64,000 bases of DNA from a virus, in the IMG/VR virus record IMGVR_UViG_3300009182_000002, positions 1 to 64,000 of that record. One strand, given 5' to 3'. The position numbers and the translations under genes were made by a program. Positions 28,708-37,473 of the stretch are shown piece by piece; the first letter of the stretch is position 1; every line of letters starts with the position of its first letter. The notes under the pieces are model-generated. The model made no database searches, was not told the DNA's origin, and saw only the letters and a list, made by a program, of their open reading frames with translations.

Positions 28708-29223
28708 TCATTCGGTCCTCTCAGGGTGTGTGGTTCTTCTGGGAACCCATACTCCGGGGCTGAGGATGACACCGTAGTCGGCTGGGTCTCCGTGGTGGTT
28801 CTCCGTGACGTGCAGAAAATCCACGCCCTTCTGTCGTAGTGCGATGTTCCCTAGAGCCGCGTCGTGCAGGTAGGTCGAGACGCGAGGGTTCGCTTCTCGA
28901 AACTGTCTCCCGAGACGCTCTAGATGCCTGTGCGTGACGCTCATCGGAAAAGTCGGGCCTACATGACCGCTCTGGACTGCTGGATCGTCGTGAGTGCCGT
29001 CGGTGATGTCGAGAGCGTGGTCAATGGCGCTCTCGTGATCGCCGAAGACGTAGAACCCCGGTCCCTGCGTCTGAGGGTTGTCTGTGAAGGTAGCCCGCGC
29101 TCCCTTGGATCTGATACTCCTATCCCCTCTGACTGTGGTCCCGTGATGCCACTCGCGGTCGTTGACCTCATCAAATAGGCGGCTGCTGTAGTGAGCATCC
29201 TCAAACTCTTCGTTGCGGCTCAT
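28708..29223 (-). CDS. ADP-ribosyltransferase-fold protein
   Basis: WHHGT..GPGFYVFGDHESAIDHA matches the H-G-T / G-x-G-x-Y ART pattern. Confidence 0.65.
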   Translation of the reverse strand: MSRNEEFEDAHYSSRLFDEVNDREWHHGTTVRGDRSIRSKGARATFTDNPQTQGPGFYVFGDHESAIDHALDITDGTHDDPAVQSGHVGPTFPMSVTHRHLERLGRQFREANPRVSTYLHDAALGNIALRQKGVDFLHVTENHHGDPADYGVILSPGVWVPRRTTHPERTE

Positions 29224-29561
29224 CGGGGGGTCTCCATCGCTGGTATGTGCCGTAGCCCAAGTTGCAAGGCGGCGATAGCCCGGTGGTGGCCCTCGCGCAC
29301 TGCGTTTCCCCGGACGAGAATTGGCGTCAGCACACCGTTCTGGGAGATGTCGCCCTTGAGAGCCTCGATGTAGTTGTCAGGACCGCCATGGGCATGGTCG
29401 TTGCTATGGACCTTGTCAGGATCTCCGCCGCTTGCTTCCCAGTTGGCGCGCATGGCGTCGAGAGCCTCATCCATGTGAACGCCGCCGTACTCATCCGAAA
29501 CCATGTCCCGTAGGTGGCTAACAGGGAGATCAAACTGGACGCCGAGTGCTCGGTGGCTCAT
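29220..29561 (-). CDS. ParB/sulfiredoxin-domain protein
   Basis: LKGDISQNGVLTPILV..EGHHRAIAALQLGLRHIPA. Confidence 0.8.
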   Translation of the reverse strand: MSHRALGVQFDLPVSHLRDMVSDEYGGVHMDEALDAMRANWEASGGDPDKVHSNDHAHGGPDNYIEALKGDISQNGVLTPILVRGNAVREGHHRAIAALQLGLRHIPAMETPR

Positions 29562-29770
29562 GTCTTACGCCCCGGCTGAAGAACATGCGCGACCCACCAA
29601 ACGCACCCAGCAACGAGTGCGGCTCGGGTTACGTGGTTGCGGTCGAACAACAGCCGTGCGTGAGCAGACAACGTGGCCTTCTCGTCGCCCGAACGCAGGC
29701 TTGCCATCTCCAAAGCCAACGCGGCAGCCGATACAGCACACCAGCCTGCGGTGTAGTGGTTGGTGCTCAC
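29558..29770 (-). CDS. small membrane protein
   Basis: two hydrophobic segments; overlaps both neighbours by 4 bp. Confidence 0.55.
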   Translation of the reverse strand: MSTNHYTAGWCAVSAAALALEMASLRSGDEKATLSAHARLLFDRNHVTRAALVAGCVWWVAHVLQPGRKT

Positions 29771-30564
29771 TGCCCCTCCCGGGCCTTCTTCGACTCGGCC
29801 AGCCGCTGCCGCAGGAACTGACTGCCAATCATCGGATCAACCTCGGTGACCGGATGGGGACCCGTGGTAGCACCGCGCATACGCGCATCCGTGTAACGCT
29901 CAGAGGTCGTGCGGATGTGATGGCGCTCCAAGGCGACGACCTCGCTGGGGAAGTCGCGGTCGGACTCACGGTCAAGGCTGTTGGAAGGCTTCGACTCCGG
30001 ATTCTCTGGATTCGGGTCGATCACTCCGTGCTTGACAAGGCGCTGCACGATCCGCGAGGAGTCCTTGCTAAGGGATGCGTCGGGCATCGGCATGACCCCG
30101 TAGCGCCGCATCGACTCATGGCCCGCGAGGCCCAAAACTGATGGGACAAGGTGTGACTCTCCGACGGTTGACGCCAGTACACCAAGGGTTGGGGCCTTCG
30201 CTGGCTCCTCTGGGGCCACATCGAACAAGGTGGTCTGGTACGCCCGACGACCGCCAGTGTGGTTGTTCTCCCACTCGGATTGGGTGAGCATCTCTGGACG
30301 GCTCAAGGAAATGCCACTGCCTGCCTTCGTGCCTTTCACACCGGGGGCAAAGATCCTCTCGTCGGTGCCCTGATTGCGGGTGTTGACTACTGCCCTTTCT
30401 GGGAGGGCAGCACGACCGCCCTTGAGGGTTGCAACGGCACCTAGGGGTTGGGTGGAGTTGTGGTGGATGGCACTGAGGGTGAGTCCTTCGAGTTCCTCAC
30501 CGTTGACATCCCTATGGTGACTCTCCCGCATTCTGTACTTGTAGGGGTTCTCAGTTGTTTCCAT
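29767..30564 (-). CDS. hypothetical protein, paralogue A
   Basis: start METTENP; strong similarity to 30551-31351. Confidence 0.75.
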   Translation of the reverse strand: METTENPYKYRMRESHHRDVNGEELEGLTLSAIHHNSTQPLGAVATLKGGRAALPERAVVNTRNQGTDERIFAPGVKGTKAGSGISLSRPEMLTQSEWENNHTGGRRAYQTTLFDVAPEEPAKAPTLGVLASTVGESHLVPSVLGLAGHESMRRYGVMPMPDASLSKDSSRIVQRLVKHGVIDPNPENPESKPSNSLDRESDRDFPSEVVALERHHIRTTSERYTDARMRGATTGPHPVTEVDPMIGSQFLRQRLAESKKAREGQ

Positions 30565-31351
30565 CAGCGGCCTTCTGAGGCTGCTTCTTCGCCGCGACGA
30601 GACGCTCACGCAAGAACTGACTTCCAACCATCGGGTCAAGTTCTTTCAGGGTCGAGGAGTGTTGACCGTTTTCTGTGTATGTGACGTTCTTCTTCTCCTG
30701 CGATACCGCGATATCTGACCACAACGATTCCCCTGTAATCCCTCTACCGACGCTGTTGTTAGGGAGGGACTCGGGATTGTTGGGGTTTGGCGAGAGCGCG
30801 CCGTGCTTGACAAGGCGTTGAACGATCTTGGCTGAGTCCCCGCTCAACGAATCATCGGGAATTGGTAGGTGCCCGTACCTGCTCAAGGACTCAAGACCGG
30901 CGTGACCCAAGACTGATGGGACTAGATGCGACGTTCCTTTGGTGGATGCGAGTATCTTTAGGACTGGTGCTTTGCTCTCTTGAGGAGGGGCGTAGTCGAA
31001 GAGCGTCCCTTGTGACATAGGAAGTCCATCATTGTGTCTACGTTCAAAATCGCCTTGTTTCTTGTTGGCCTTCTTGAAGTCTTCGTAGGAAGAGTCGTCA
31101 CCCAAGACCTTCTTCTTGGTGTCTTCATCAATCCAGATCTGCTCCGGAGTGCCGAAACCGTCCCAGTGATTACGCTCGGCCCTACCGTTGTGGGCCTCTC
31201 TTCCACCCTCCAGATGCGCCACCACACCAGTAGGTTCGTCTGGATCGCGGTGGAGAGCGCTGACGGTCAAGGTCTCGTCACCACCTGTGCTTGTCCCGTA
31301 ACTTCTCCCGTAACGAGCCTTCCAGCGGTAGTTGTTGTCAACTGTTTCCAT
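30551..31351 (-). CDS. hypothetical protein, paralogue B
   Basis: shares SHLVPSVLG..DxSLS.DS..IVQRLVKHG..PNP.NPES with paralogue A. Confidence 0.75.
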   Translation of the reverse strand: METVDNNYRWKARYGRSYGTSTGGDETLTVSALHRDPDEPTGVVAHLEGGREAHNGRAERNHWDGFGTPEQIWIDEDTKKKVLGDDSSYEDFKKANKKQGDFERRHNDGLPMSQGTLFDYAPPQESKAPVLKILASTKGTSHLVPSVLGHAGLESLSRYGHLPIPDDSLSGDSAKIVQRLVKHGALSPNPNNPESLPNNSVGRGITGESLWSDIAVSQEKKNVTYTENGQHSSTLKELDPMVGSQFLRERLVAAKKQPQKAADGNN

Positions 31352-32168
31352 CGGTGATCTCCTTTTGCCCCTCTACCGCGTCGAACTGGGTGCTGAGATT
31401 GCGTCTGCGTGCGTAGGACCGGGAGAACCGACCAAGATTCCCCTCCGACTTCTGGTTCTCCTCGCTCGTGGTATCCCAGAACGACTTCCCGGCAGGCTCG
31501 GATCGACGGTCGTCGCGGTGGTGGATGTCTGCGTAGTCCTCAGCAGAGGCCTCTTTGGACGCCAGAGTGTCGGCATCCCACTGGGAACTGGTGCCAACCT
31601 GCTCCGCAGCCTCCGAAGGACCGGTTCCGGAGTCCCAGAGGCTCTGCCTCTTGTCGAGGACGGGGAGGTTCTCTGCGTGGTGCCCTAGGGCATGGATCAG
31701 TGCCCGGGAGCGCTCATTGCGGCTGGTGCCACTGCGGACAGTCACATGCAGCCGTGAGACCGGCAATTGCTCCTCAGAACCGTCCTTGAGCCGGTAACTG
31801 GCTGACTCCGTGTACTTTGCTGAAGGGTGAGGCTGTTCAGCCTCCATTCCCGGCTTGAACCAGCCGCTGACACCGGATTCGTTCACAGCGTCACTGGTGT
31901 TCCCTGCACGCACGATGTCGAGGTTTCGCAGGTCAGAGGCAGGGACAGTGGACCTAGCCACGTCCTCTTTCATCTGAGCGACCTCTTCAGGGTCACCGGA
32001 GAGCCTCTTGGTGCCCTCGATGGCCTCGCTAACCTCCCGCATCCGCTCAGGGTTGTATCCCCTCGGATACCTCTCGGAGTCCTGCATCCAGAAAGCAGGA
32101 CGTGCGAGCATCCCCTGATCCTCACCCGGGGCGAAGTAAGGCTCAGCAGCGTTCTTCTTCCGAGGCAA
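31338..32168 (-). CDS. zincin-like protein with degenerate HExxH
   Basis: ALIHALGHH..KEASAEDYA; TAGGAG RBS. Confidence 0.55.
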   Translation of the reverse strand: MPRKKNAAEPYFAPGEDQGMLARPAFWMQDSERYPRGYNPERMREVSEAIEGTKRLSGDPEEVAQMKEDVARSTVPASDLRNLDIVRAGNTSDAVNESGVSGWFKPGMEAEQPHPSAKYTESASYRLKDGSEEQLPVSRLHVTVRSGTSRNERSRALIHALGHHAENLPVLDKRQSLWDSGTGPSEAAEQVGTSSQWDADTLASKEASAEDYADIHHRDDRRSEPAGKSFWDTTSEENQKSEGNLGRFSRSYARRRNLSTQFDAVEGQKEITDGNS

Positions 32169-32949
32169 GACAGGGCTCCTAGATAACGGAAGCCCTCCGC
32201 CACTCCAGTATCCAAGGGGACTGACACCCTAGAAAGCGTCAAATGTACAAGTTTTCCTTTTCCCCCTTAGCAACGTTGTAAAAGGGGATGTGACAAGATT
32301 TAGGAACTTTAGTTTTGGGTTCCATAGCAACGGGAGGGCCCAGATGCTCCAAGCAACGCTTGCTAGGGCCTTAGCAATTATTTTAAAGATCGCTCGTCTC
32401 AACGAAGATTCTTGATCGAGAGCGAGTACAGCCCTCCCGCTCCCAAGTTCGGCACGCCATTTGGGCAACTGCCTGAGATTTCAAGGGCCACCTATGCCTG
32501 AGCACTGGCCCCGCGCTGGTGGCGCAAGCGCTTAAGGGTGGGCGGGTCGCTCTGGCTGGCAAGCCGTTAGCCACGCTAAGCAACGGAGCCCTGCCCGGAG
32601 GGCTTCGAGTCGCTCGAGCCCGCTCCGGGCCACTGCCTCGCGACGGGGTGGCGGCGTGGCGGTGCGGGCAGGCTTCGGGATGGTGGTCCGGTGCTGTGAG
32701 TAACCAGCAGCGCGCTGGTGGTGCTGGAGCGCTCACTGGCACCGGGCGAGGGGTCCGGCTTGCCAAGGTCTCAGAATGGCGCTGTGGGCTTGCTAGGGCC
32801 ATCCCAGCGTTGAGCCGGTCCGGTCTCAGCCCTTTCACAGCAGCGTGTTCCAGCGTTGGAAACTTCTTTGGTAACGGTTTGGTAACGAGGGCTGTTTACG
32901 GGAATGAACGCCTTGGCAACCGCGTTGTTGATCAAGCAACACGATCGAC

Positions 32950-33395
32950 ACGGCACCGCGCAGCGCAGGCCCCCGGCTCTCGGGGCGAGCCCCTCGCGAT
33001 GGCCACCACAGCGGGTGAGCGAGCGACCCTCGTACCTCCCAGCGCCACGACCACGGGCTGGGGAAGGGCGACGGTTAAGCAGCCGGACCCGTCCAAGGAG
33101 ACAACTCTGTCGTGCTTCGGTGCGGCAGACGGTCAACAGGGGCACGCCCCGGTCTCCAGATGAATCCGTTGACGTGTCCGGACCATCTGCCGGTCTACCC
33201 GTGAGTGACCGCGCCAAGAACAACCACGGGCCTACTGCATTGCCCATGAAGTGACCTGTGAAGCCCTTGTGGCTTCGCCGGGATTCCCGCCGTGTGCGGG
33301 GAGTGCCTGACACCCCAACGGAATGGCGGGGTGACCATGGGAGGCCAACAACTGTGGTGGGAGCGGGGTGGCCACGCCGCCCCGTTCCCCCACCA
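32950..33395 (+). ncRNA. candidate large structured ncRNA
   Basis: nested helices, a cUUCGg tetraloop, G-U pairs favouring the plus strand, no credible ORF. Confidence 0.55.
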
Positions 33396-33396
33396 A

Positions 33397-33469
33397 GAGC
33401 CGCTGATGAACTGGTCATCGACGGTCGGCAGGCCACCGACCTGACGGGGTTCGACTCCCCGGTGGCTCA
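33397..33469 (+). ncRNA. tRNA-like cloverleaf (non-canonical anticodon loop)
   Basis: acceptor GAGCCGC/GTGGCTC+A; D arm GATGA/TCATC; stem GGTCGG/CCGACC with loop CAGGCCA; T arm CGGGG-TTCGACT-CCCCG. Confidence 0.75.
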
Positions 33470-33504
33470 CGCTCCATACCCACAACCAACCACTAGGAGA
33501 GCCC

Positions 33505-33747
33505 ATGTCCATTCCCACAACCAACCACGACGACCTGACCACGATGCTGGACGGGTCAGTGCAGGTCACCCTCACCCGCGCGGCAGTCGTTGACCTGCTG
33601 AGCGCGCTGGGACGTTCACTCACTGAGAACACCGGCGAGGTTCACATCGTCCTTGACGTGTGCGAACACCGCGCGTGGTTCGACGTGCGCGGTACGTCTG
33701 GCCGCATCGGCGGGGCAGTCACGCACTGCTACTGCGTCATCAACTAG
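33505..33747 (+). CDS. early hypothetical protein
   Basis: 80 aa, CTAGGAG RBS. Confidence 0.7.
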   Translation: MSIPTTNHDDLTTMLDGSVQVTLTRAAVVDLLSALGRSLTENTGEVHIVLDVCEHRAWFDVRGTSGRIGGAVTHCYCVIN

Positions 33748-33806
33748 GCGAAACAGGGCCATCGCGGCCCTGTCCACGGGGTTGGCATCCCCGTGCTGAC
33801 GAGCCT
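33746..33806 (+). ncRNA. hammerhead ribozyme, type II
   Basis: AGGC-GAAA-CAGGGCC(atcgc)GGCCCTG-TC-CACGGGG(ttggcat)CCCCGTG-CTGACGA-GCCT: complete core and three stems. Confidence 0.92.
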
Positions 33807-33831
33807 GCCACCAACCTAGGAGAGTGAAGCC

Positions 33832-35280
33832 TTGACAACTGGACTGCCCACATTCGCCGCGCTGATTCGCAGCGCGCCGGGTCCTGACAACCGCTGGTGC
33901 GAGGTCCTCATCGTGAGGTCCTTCGACACCTTCTCACCGCTGCACGTTCCCGGCGTTGGACCAGCGCCGCTGTTCTACATCCGGAACACCGGGGGCGGTC
34001 GGGGACCGTCCAACGCATGGGTCGCCGTCACCGACGTTCCTGCTCAGGAGCGCGCTGCATGGTGCGGCAATGACCCTCTCGTCGTGCCGCTCACCACGCA
34101 CGACGTGACCGCAGTTGCTAGCGCTCGCAACTTGCCGCCCAAGTCGCTGCTCACGCGGCTCCAGTCGCGCATCGACCGCGTGCCGCTCAATCAAGCCGTT
34201 GGGCTAACCATTGGCAACGTCGTTGACGCTCTGGTGCAGGCCACCGACGTGTTCGCCACGGTCGTGCCTGCTGCTCCCAAGGTCGCCCCGGCTCAGGTCG
34301 TGGTGGCCGCGCCGGTCATTCCTCAGGTGTCGGCCATCCCGGCTCCCGTGCTGACAGTGCCGGTTGCCAGCACGGCACCGGTTGCCAGCGCTGGTCCCGT
34401 GGTCGTGCTTGACGACGACCAGCCCGACTCCGACGACGGCTCCGTCACGGTCGTCGTGCAGGACGGCGCGTGCCGCAAGGCCATCGTCCTGCCGCCGTCG
34501 TTCGCTGACTCGTACATCCACCGTGCGGTGTTCGGAGTCGATGACTTCACGGTGCTGGATGAGGCACGGGCCAAGGGCGACAGCGTCGGGCTGTACGGCC
34601 CCACGGGCTCTGCCAAGACCACCGTTGCCAAGGCTTACGCGGCAGCGCGCGGTCTCCCGTATGTGCAGGTCTCAGGCACCGCGACGATGGAAGAGTCGCG
34701 GATGTTCGGTCGCTGGATCGACCTTGGCCAGTGGCAGGACGGCGTCGTCAGCGAGGTGGTCCGCTACGGCGGTCTACTCATCCTTGACGAGATCAACATG
34801 CTCCCGCCGAACATCAGCGCGAGCCTGTTCCCGCTGCTTCGCGAGCGGGTCCTCACCCTGCACGACAAGGACGGCGAGACCATCACCGCCCACCCGTCGC
34901 TGATCGTCATCGCGACGTGGAACCCGAACTACTCCGGTACGCGCGAACTGAACGCCGCGCTCGCCAACCGGTTCGGGGTGCAGGTTGAGTGGGGCTACGA
35001 CGACCGTGTTGAGAAGGCGCTTGGCATCTGCAACAGCCTTCGCGCTGCTGCTGGTCGCCTTCGTGCCAGCGAGGTCAAGGGCGAGGTCAGCGCCCCCTGC
35101 CCGACCAACGCGCTGGTTGACTTCCAGCACTACGCCGGTCGGCTGGGGCTGGACTTCGCGGTTGGCAACTTCGTCGCCCGGTACCACGACGATGTTGAGC
35201 GCAAGGCCGTGCAGGCCGTGTTCGACACCTTCCGTTCCAGCATCGAAAACGAGTTGGGGCTGGCTCAGGCAACCGTCTGA
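33832..35280 (+). CDS. MoxR/CbbQ/CobS-like AAA+ ATPase
   Basis: GPTGSAKT, LLILDEIN, ATWNPNYSGTRELNAALANRF. Confidence 0.88.
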   Translation: MTTGLPTFAALIRSAPGPDNRWCEVLIVRSFDTFSPLHVPGVGPAPLFYIRNTGGGRGPSNAWVAVTDVPAQERAAWCGNDPLVVPLTTHDVTAVASARNLPPKSLLTRLQSRIDRVPLNQAVGLTIGNVVDALVQATDVFATVVPAAPKVAPAQVVVAAPVIPQVSAIPAPVLTVPVASTAPVASAGPVVVLDDDQPDSDDGSVTVVVQDGACRKAIVLPPSFADSYIHRAVFGVDDFTVLDEARAKGDSVGLYGPTGSAKTTVAKAYAAARGLPYVQVSGTATMEESRMFGRWIDLGQWQDGVVSEVVRYGGLLILDEINMLPPNISASLFPLLRERVLTLHDKDGETITAHPSLIVIATWNPNYSGTRELNAALANRFGVQVEWGYDDRVEKALGICNSLRAAAGRLRASEVKGEVSAPCPTNALVDFQHYAGRLGLDFAVGNFVARYHDDVERKAVQAVFDTFRSSIENELGLAQATV

Positions 35281-35344
35281 GCCAGCACCAGCACCACCTA
35301 GCAAGCCCTACCAACCACTACCAACCTCTAGGAGAGCGATCACC

Positions 35345-36271
35345 TTGGCAATCACTTCACCCCTCACCGCCGACCGCTTGCTTGGCCCCGGCGCTGAACG
35401 TGGCGAGCGGCTCGCACGCCTCGCCGCCATCTTCACCAAGTCCAACAGCATCCTGTCCGGTCAGTCGGTCAAGGTGCGTATTGAGACCAACGACTGGGCT
35501 TGCCCACCGGCCCCGGCATGGTCCGATGGCCAGAACATCTGGTTCAAGGGCAGCGACATTCGTGACGCTGACTTCGACTCCATCGTCAACCTGTACGGTC
35601 TCAACTACCACGAACTGGGCCACATCCTGTGGACACCCCGTCAGTCGCACCCGCTGGCGACTTGGGCTTGGCGCAACCGTCACTGGTCCACGATGAACCT
35701 CTTGGAAGACCAGCGCATCGAAACGGCGATGACCCGCCGCTGGCCTTCGACGGCACCGTGGCTCACCGCGTGCGTCCTGCGCTGGGTGCTGGCCGACCCC
35801 AAGACCCTCAGCACGTCCTACCTGCTGCTGCGTGGTCGTCGCTTCCTCCCGGCTGACGTGCGCGGACTGTCACGTCAGGCCTTCGAGCGTCAGGACCTGC
35901 TCCCTGAGGTTGACCGCATCGTTGACGCCTACCGGGAACTGCGCTTCCCAGAGAAGCCCAACCTGCGCCGCGTATCGGAGCGCAACCTGTACGACCGTGC
36001 TCAGGCGCTGATCACCGACTACAGCGCGCTGATTGCCAGCCTTAACAACCAGCCCACGTCGTCGCCTAACCACGGCAACGACGAGACATCACCGGTAACC
36101 AACGGCTACCCAGCGCCTCACGATCCCAATGAGGCCAACACCGACGACCAGTACGACGACGAGCCCCAGCCCGGTCAGGGTAGCGACGGGGACCAGAACG
36201 ACCAGCACGACGACACCAACGACAGCGGCGCGGGCACCCCGTGCTGCTCCTGCGACGGAGGCAGCCACTGA
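35345..36271 (+). CDS. CobT/vWA-partner N-terminal metallopeptidase-like protein
   Basis: AWSDG, NYHELGHIL, NLLEDQRIE; TTG start after CTAGGAG. Confidence 0.8.
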   Translation: MAITSPLTADRLLGPGAERGERLARLAAIFTKSNSILSGQSVKVRIETNDWACPPAPAWSDGQNIWFKGSDIRDADFDSIVNLYGLNYHELGHILWTPRQSHPLATWAWRNRHWSTMNLLEDQRIETAMTRRWPSTAPWLTACVLRWVLADPKTLSTSYLLLRGRRFLPADVRGLSRQAFERQDLLPEVDRIVDAYRELRFPEKPNLRRVSERNLYDRAQALITDYSALIASLNNQPTSSPNHGNDETSPVTNGYPAPHDPNEANTDDQYDDEPQPGQGSDGDQNDQHDDTNDSGAGTPCCSCDGGSH

Positions 36272-37464
36272 TGAACGACGACACCATGCCCAACACAAGC
36301 GCCTGCTCCTGCGGTTGCCACGGTCCTGCCGCTGGCAACGAGCCTGCCAACGACCAGCCGGGTGGCTCTGGCAACGAGCCGGGTCAGCCCCAGCCCGGCA
36401 ACGAGCCGGGTCGGCCCGGCAACGGCGACCAGCCCGGCGACCAGCCCGGCGAGGGCGAGGGTCAGGGCGAGGGCGACCAGCCCGGTGAGTCCGACGGCGG
36501 CGGCGCGAACGGCGGCGCTGGCTCCGACGGCGAGACCGGGCTGGACGGCGGCGAGGCCAACGGTGCTGGCACCGGGGTTACCAACGCCCCCGACATTGCC
36601 AAGGCCTTGCAAGACGCTGCTAGCAAGGCTCTCGACAACATCACCAACGACGTCGATATCGCTGGCGAGGCCAGCAGCGCTGTCAACGCTGTTGTCAAGG
36701 GCGGCGGTCACGTCCAGATCCTGCGCGACTCCCGCTTCGACACCTTCGCCCCCAGCGACGAGGCTCGCCTCGCTGAGCGCCGCGCGGTGCGGGAGTTCAA
36801 CACCCTCCGCGCAGACGCTGAGGAGGGCTGGGACCGCGCCCGTCCGCAGGGTCGGCTGAACGTCGGTCGCTACATCTCTAGCAACGGGGACCTTGACGTG
36901 GCCTTCGACCAGTGGCGTGACCGCAAGGGTGACGCCTCCGACCTTGAGGTTGTGCTACTGCTGGACGACTCAATGTCCATGGCTTCCTACCGCGTGGTCA
37001 GCGCGGAGGCCATGTGGGTACTCAAGCGTGGCCTTGACGCCATCGGTGCCAACACCACGGTGGTCATGTTCCACTCCGAGTCCCGCGTCCTGTACAAGCC
37101 GACCGACAAGGCTGAGGCGGGTCGCCTCCGCTGCTCAACTGAGAGCGGCGGCACTGACCCCAGCGAGGGCATCGCTCAGGCGGCGCGCATCTTCGCCGGG
37201 AGCCGCAAGGGTCAGAAGGTGCTGATCACCATCACCGATGGCGACTACTGGGGTGAGTCTGTCCCTGCCAACTGCGACTACAACATTGACGACATTGTCA
37301 AGGCCATGACCAACAGCGGCGTCGTCACTGCTCAGGTCCTGTTCAACCACGCGAGCGAGCAGACTCACGGGCACGCGATCAGCACTCAGGTCTCGCAGGT
37401 TGAGGAGATCGCGTCCTTTGCCAAGGAACTTGTCAAGGCTGCTATCAAGTCTCGCCAGCGCTAG
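36271..37464 (+). CDS. von Willebrand factor A domain protein
   Basis: GRLNVGR, LLLDDSMSM (MIDAS), GGTDP, ITITDGD; GGAGG RBS and TGATG coupling. Confidence 0.88.
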   Translation: MNDDTMPNTSACSCGCHGPAAGNEPANDQPGGSGNEPGQPQPGNEPGRPGNGDQPGDQPGEGEGQGEGDQPGESDGGGANGGAGSDGETGLDGGEANGAGTGVTNAPDIAKALQDAASKALDNITNDVDIAGEASSAVNAVVKGGGHVQILRDSRFDTFAPSDEARLAERRAVREFNTLRADAEEGWDRARPQGRLNVGRYISSNGDLDVAFDQWRDRKGDASDLEVVLLLDDSMSMASYRVVSAEAMWVLKRGLDAIGANTTVVMFHSESRVLYKPTDKAEAGRLRCSTESGGTDPSEGIAQAARIFAGSRKGQKVLITITDGDYWGESVPANCDYNIDDIVKAMTNSGVVTAQVLFNHASEQTHGHAISTQVSQVEEIASFAKELVKAAIKSRQR

Positions 37465-37473
37465 CAACGGGCT

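Noticed and set aside
33403-33409. CTGATGA as a second hammerhead core
   Set aside because: No matching GAAA or stems; the bases form the D arm of the tRNA-like element
32950-33469. tmRNA interpretation of the large RNA plus T arm
   Set aside because: The acceptor strand pairs locally with 33397-33403, there is no G3-U70 and no CCA, and no tag ORF is evident
32229-33632. ORFs 32383-32838, 32519-33163, 32771-33436 and similar
   Set aside because: No RBS or recognisable motifs, Arg/Pro/Gly-rich GC artefacts; RNA structure explains the region better
33486-35336. CCAACC..CTAGGAGAG leader repeated before three early genes
   Set aside because: CTAGGAG also precedes many late genes; most simply a Shine-Dalgarno variant with a C/A-rich unstructured leader
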